From positions 1-59,918 of the forward strand of contig DIRM01000040.1 in the NCBI GenBank assembly GCA_002427545.1: a stretch of DNA of 59,918 nucleotides, written 5' to 3'. This document shows, piece after piece, positions 57,604 to 59,918 of this stretch. Under the pieces are notes generated by a model. It saw nothing but the letters and a program-made list of their open reading frames with translations, did not search any database and was not told the DNA's origin. The stretch's first letter is position 1. The number at the start of each line of letters is the position of its first letter. This DNA is from Mageeibacillus sp. UBA5436. GTDB lineage: Bacteria > Bacillota > Clostridia > Saccharofermentanales > DTU023. The translations under genes were made by a program, and so were the position numbers.

Positions 57604-58527
57604 TCAAAAGCCAAAAAAATCATCTATTCCATTTGCAATGCCTTTTACAATTTTTTCTTGATATTCCGATTCTGCTAATCGCAAATCTTCTGCCGAATTT
57701 GACATATAACCTATTTCAACTATAGTTACAGGTACATTTGACCAATTAATACCACTCATTATATCTGTTTTCCAAACATATTGTTTTACTGCATCAGTTA
57801 ATTCTACCATAGCATCTAAAATAAAATTAGATAACAATTCACAATCTGAAGCTATGTTTGCATTAAAGGGGTTATTCTCTGTCTGACAAATTGTCATCAT
57901 GCCTTGAACACTTGAATCATTTGAACCATTTGCATGAATTCTAATAAAAGCATCTGCTTCCATTTGATTTGCCATTTCTGCTCTTTCAATATTAGAAATA
58001 TTAACTTCATTCTCACGTCTTGTCATTTCCACTTGATAACCACGCTTTAATAATTCTTTTTCTAATTTTAAAGAAACTTCTAAATTTAATTGATATTCCG
58101 GTATGCCAGTTACAATACCTTGTGTACCAGAAGACATTTTCAATTTTAATTCATTAGAGGCTGGACCTATTGGTTCTACATCAGTATTAATAATTGATTG
58201 ATGACCAGGATCTATCATAACAAGTTTTTGACTTTGAGGAAGTTCTTCTTGATTTATTAATTTTGTTTGTTCAATTTCATTTTTTGTATTATTTGATAAA
58301 GTTTTATTTTCAATTTTTGATGTATTTTCATTAATAGTTTCGTTTATAGTTTTGTCTATAACTACAGAATTTGATTCTATAACTATAGAATTATTATTTA
58401 TCTGAGGTTTTTGACTGAATTGAGACGAATTTGTATCAGAATGCTGACAAGCTATTAGGAAGCAAAAACTAAAAATCATAAAAAAAGGTATTAAAAATAT
58501 TATTTTTTTGAAGTTAAAATGACGCAT
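57604..58527 (-). CDS. N-acetylmuramoyl-L-alanine amidase (Amidase_3 family), probable lipoprotein
   Basis: The preferred start is ATG 58527 (MRHFNFKK...), 5 nt after GGAAG. Lipobox-like FLIAC. Amidase_3 motifs MIDPGHQS, IRIHANG and VEIGYMSN. Confidence 0.8.
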   Translation of the reverse strand: MRHFNFKKIIFLIPFFMIFSFCFLIACQHSDTNSSQFSQKPQINNNSIVIESNSVVIDKTINETINENTSKIENKTLSNNTKNEIEQTKLINQEELPQSQKLVMIDPGHQSIINTDVEPIGPASNELKLKMSSGTQGIVTGIPEYQLNLEVSLKLEKELLKRGYQVEMTRRENEVNISNIERAEMANQMEADAFIRIHANGSNDSSVQGMMTICQTENNPFNANIASDCELLSNFILDAMVELTDAVKQYVWKTDIMSGINWSNVPVTIVEIGYMSNSAEDLRLAESEYQEKIVKGIANGIDDFFGF

Positions 58528-58570
58528 ATCAACTTCCTTCTTTGATCCTTTTATCATCTATTTACCCTAT

Positions 58571-59740
58571 TTAAAATTTTCTTTGTTGAAGTAATTTATA
58601 ATTGATAGAAATATTTAGCATCAATCCTAACATAAAGAAATTGACTACCATCGAACTACCTCCGCTACTTATAAAAGGCAAAGGTATCCCGGTAATCGGT
58701 AATACACCCACATTCATACCAATATTTTCAACAAAATGAAATCCTTGAACAGCAACTAAACCCATCATAAGATAAGAGCTAGCAGCATCATATTGCATTA
58801 CCTTATAAGCAATATAAATAGCCCTTATCAAAAATATAATGATTAAAACAATTAATAAAGTTGTACCTACAAAGCCCATATATTCTGAAATAGCTGAAAA
58901 TATAAAGTCAGACTCTTTAACTGGAACTGGGATGTCTTCTGTGGTAGTTTTCCCAAAAAGGCCACCAGCTGATACCGCCTTTAAAGCTTGTGTAATATGA
59001 TAATCAGAGTCTATGTTATGTCCAGGAAAAAGGAAAGTCATGATTCGATTTTTTTGATATGTATCCAAAAATAATTTCCAAGCAACAGGAATTCCTATTA
59101 ATGCTGCAATAATGGCACCAATAATATAAATCCAATTTATACCATAAACAAAAATCATTGAGCAAATCATAATAAAGATAACAAAGAAAGTTCCGAAATC
59201 AGGTTCACGCATGATTAAAAACATCGGTATTCCACAGATTAAAGCAGATATTCCAATACCACGCCAAATTTCAATTTCTTTATTTTTCATACGACTTAGC
59301 AAATCACTAAAGACAAGTGCAATGCCAACTTTTGCTAATTCAGAAGGTTGAAATGTACCAAAAATAGGAAAACGAATCCAGCTATCTGCACCTGTTGACT
59401 CCGCTAATGAATAGCCATCTATGTGAACAACTATCAATAATATTATACTCACAAAATAGGTAGCATAACCGACCAAGCGTAAAGCAGTCTGATCTATAAA
59501 AGACAGACCAACTGCTAGCAATAAGCCAATCATAACTGCACCAAGTTGTTTGACTAAATTCATGGGATAAGTACCAGAGCCATATCCGCTTTGGAATACT
59601 TGACTTAAGACATAAATACCTATCAATGTCATCAAAAGCACTGGAATTAACAACCAATAATCTAATATTTCAAAATAAGATTCTGATTTCGAGTTGATTT
59701 GTGTTTTTCTATCCATCTTTATTTGATTTTTCCAGGTCAC
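58571..59740 (-). CDS. rodA: SEDS-family peptidoglycan glycosyltransferase RodA/FtsW-type
   Basis: 389 aa, about 10 TM segments. QPSELAKV and LPFISSGGSS motifs. Start is uncertain (GTG 59740 or ATG 59716). Confidence 0.8.
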   Translation of the reverse strand: MTWKNQIKMDRKTQINSKSESYFEILDYWLLIPVLLMTLIGIYVLSQVFQSGYGSGTYPMNLVKQLGAVMIGLLLAVGLSFIDQTALRLVGYATYFVSIILLIVVHIDGYSLAESTGADSWIRFPIFGTFQPSELAKVGIALVFSDLLSRMKNKEIEIWRGIGISALICGIPMFLIMREPDFGTFFVIFIMICSMIFVYGINWIYIIGAIIAALIGIPVAWKLFLDTYQKNRIMTFLFPGHNIDSDYHITQALKAVSAGGLFGKTTTEDIPVPVKESDFIFSAISEYMGFVGTTLLIVLIIIFLIRAIYIAYKVMQYDAASSYLMMGLVAVQGFHFVENIGMNVGVLPITGIPLPFISSGGSSMVVNFFMLGLMLNISINYKLLQQRKF

Positions 59741-59761
59741 ATTTTATTTATATTTCTTCTT

Positions 59762-59918
59762 CTATTCATCTATTTTTGTATCGGATTCTGAAGACTCTGA
59801 ATTTTTTTCGATATTTTCAGTTTCTCCCAAAATATTTTCTTCAGGTTCTTTGATAATATCTTGAGACGATTTATCGCCCATTTCTTCTGCTGCAGTATCT
59901 TCTTCTGTTGTATCTTCT
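59762..59918 (-). CDS. 3' end of an upstream gene (acidic C-terminal tail only; truncated by the window edge)
   Basis: Open minus-strand frame from the window edge to TAG at 59764-59762. It translates to ...EDTTEEDTAAEEMGDKSSQDIIKEPEENILGETENIEKNSESSESDTKIDE. Confidence 0.4.
   Translation of the reverse strand, partial: EDTTEEDTAAEEMGDKSSQDIIKEPEENILGETENIEKNSESSESDTKIDE

Noticed and set aside
1-59918. Mobile elements, prophage, integrative island, toxin-antitoxin pairs or restriction-modification/defence genes
   Set aside because: I saw no integrase, transposase, recombinase, terminal inverted repeats, phage structural genes, nuclease/methylase motifs or small adjacent TA-like ORF pairs. 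The only compositional anomaly is the aro operon, which has no mobility genes at its borders.

Overview
Low-GC Bacillota-type chromosomal segment, roughly 30% GC from small hand counts. It uses the standard genetic code: TGA acts as a stop and full-length proteins are obtained without recoding. Nearly all of it is core housekeeping. About 30 kb (29.5-59.9 kb) is one co-directional minus-strand run. That run holds a dcw cell-division/cell-wall cluster (mraZ-rsmH-ftsL-pbp2B-murF-mraY-ftsW-murG-divIB-ftsZ), then nrdR, a two-component system, an HtrA-like protease, nth, recG, rsmD, coaD, ddl and a second class B PBP. Upstream of mraZ lie rodA, an amidase and a zinc-ribbon/YARHG protein. The first 27 kb carries RNA-modification enzymes, two single tRNA genes (Pro-GGG, Ser-CGA), comEB, hup, ligA, a C69 dipeptidase, azlCD, lysS, greA, guaB, pyrG and a five-gene aromatic amino acid operon (tyrA-aroB-aroA-aroF-pheA). 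I found no CRISPR array, transposase, integrase or prophage genes. Observations worth follow-up, in order of interest: (1) A 35-codon Phe/Tyr-rich leader ORF sits between a good promoter and a perfect intrinsic terminator directly upstream of the aro operon, suggesting ribosome-mediated attenuation. The operon is also visibly more GC-rich than its flanks. (2) An unannotatable two-gene plus-strand module (27.0-29.5 kb) encodes a 3-TM protein with a ~340-aa helical tail, a MotA/ExbB/ZorA-like topology, plus a soluble partner. (3) Paired LexA-type boxes overlap the promoter of a small membrane-anchored protein, a candidate SOS division inhibitor. (4) A Spo0A-like protein has a shortened, acid-pocket-less N-terminal domain. 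(5) LysRS is fused to a C-terminal Trbp111/EMAPII-type tRNA-binding domain. (6) A phased AAGTGG repeat array lies between the mraZ promoter and mraZ. All functional calls rest on motif recognition by eye. No database search, GC calculation or RNA folding was run, so several gene starts and every regulatory model need experimental or computational confirmation.
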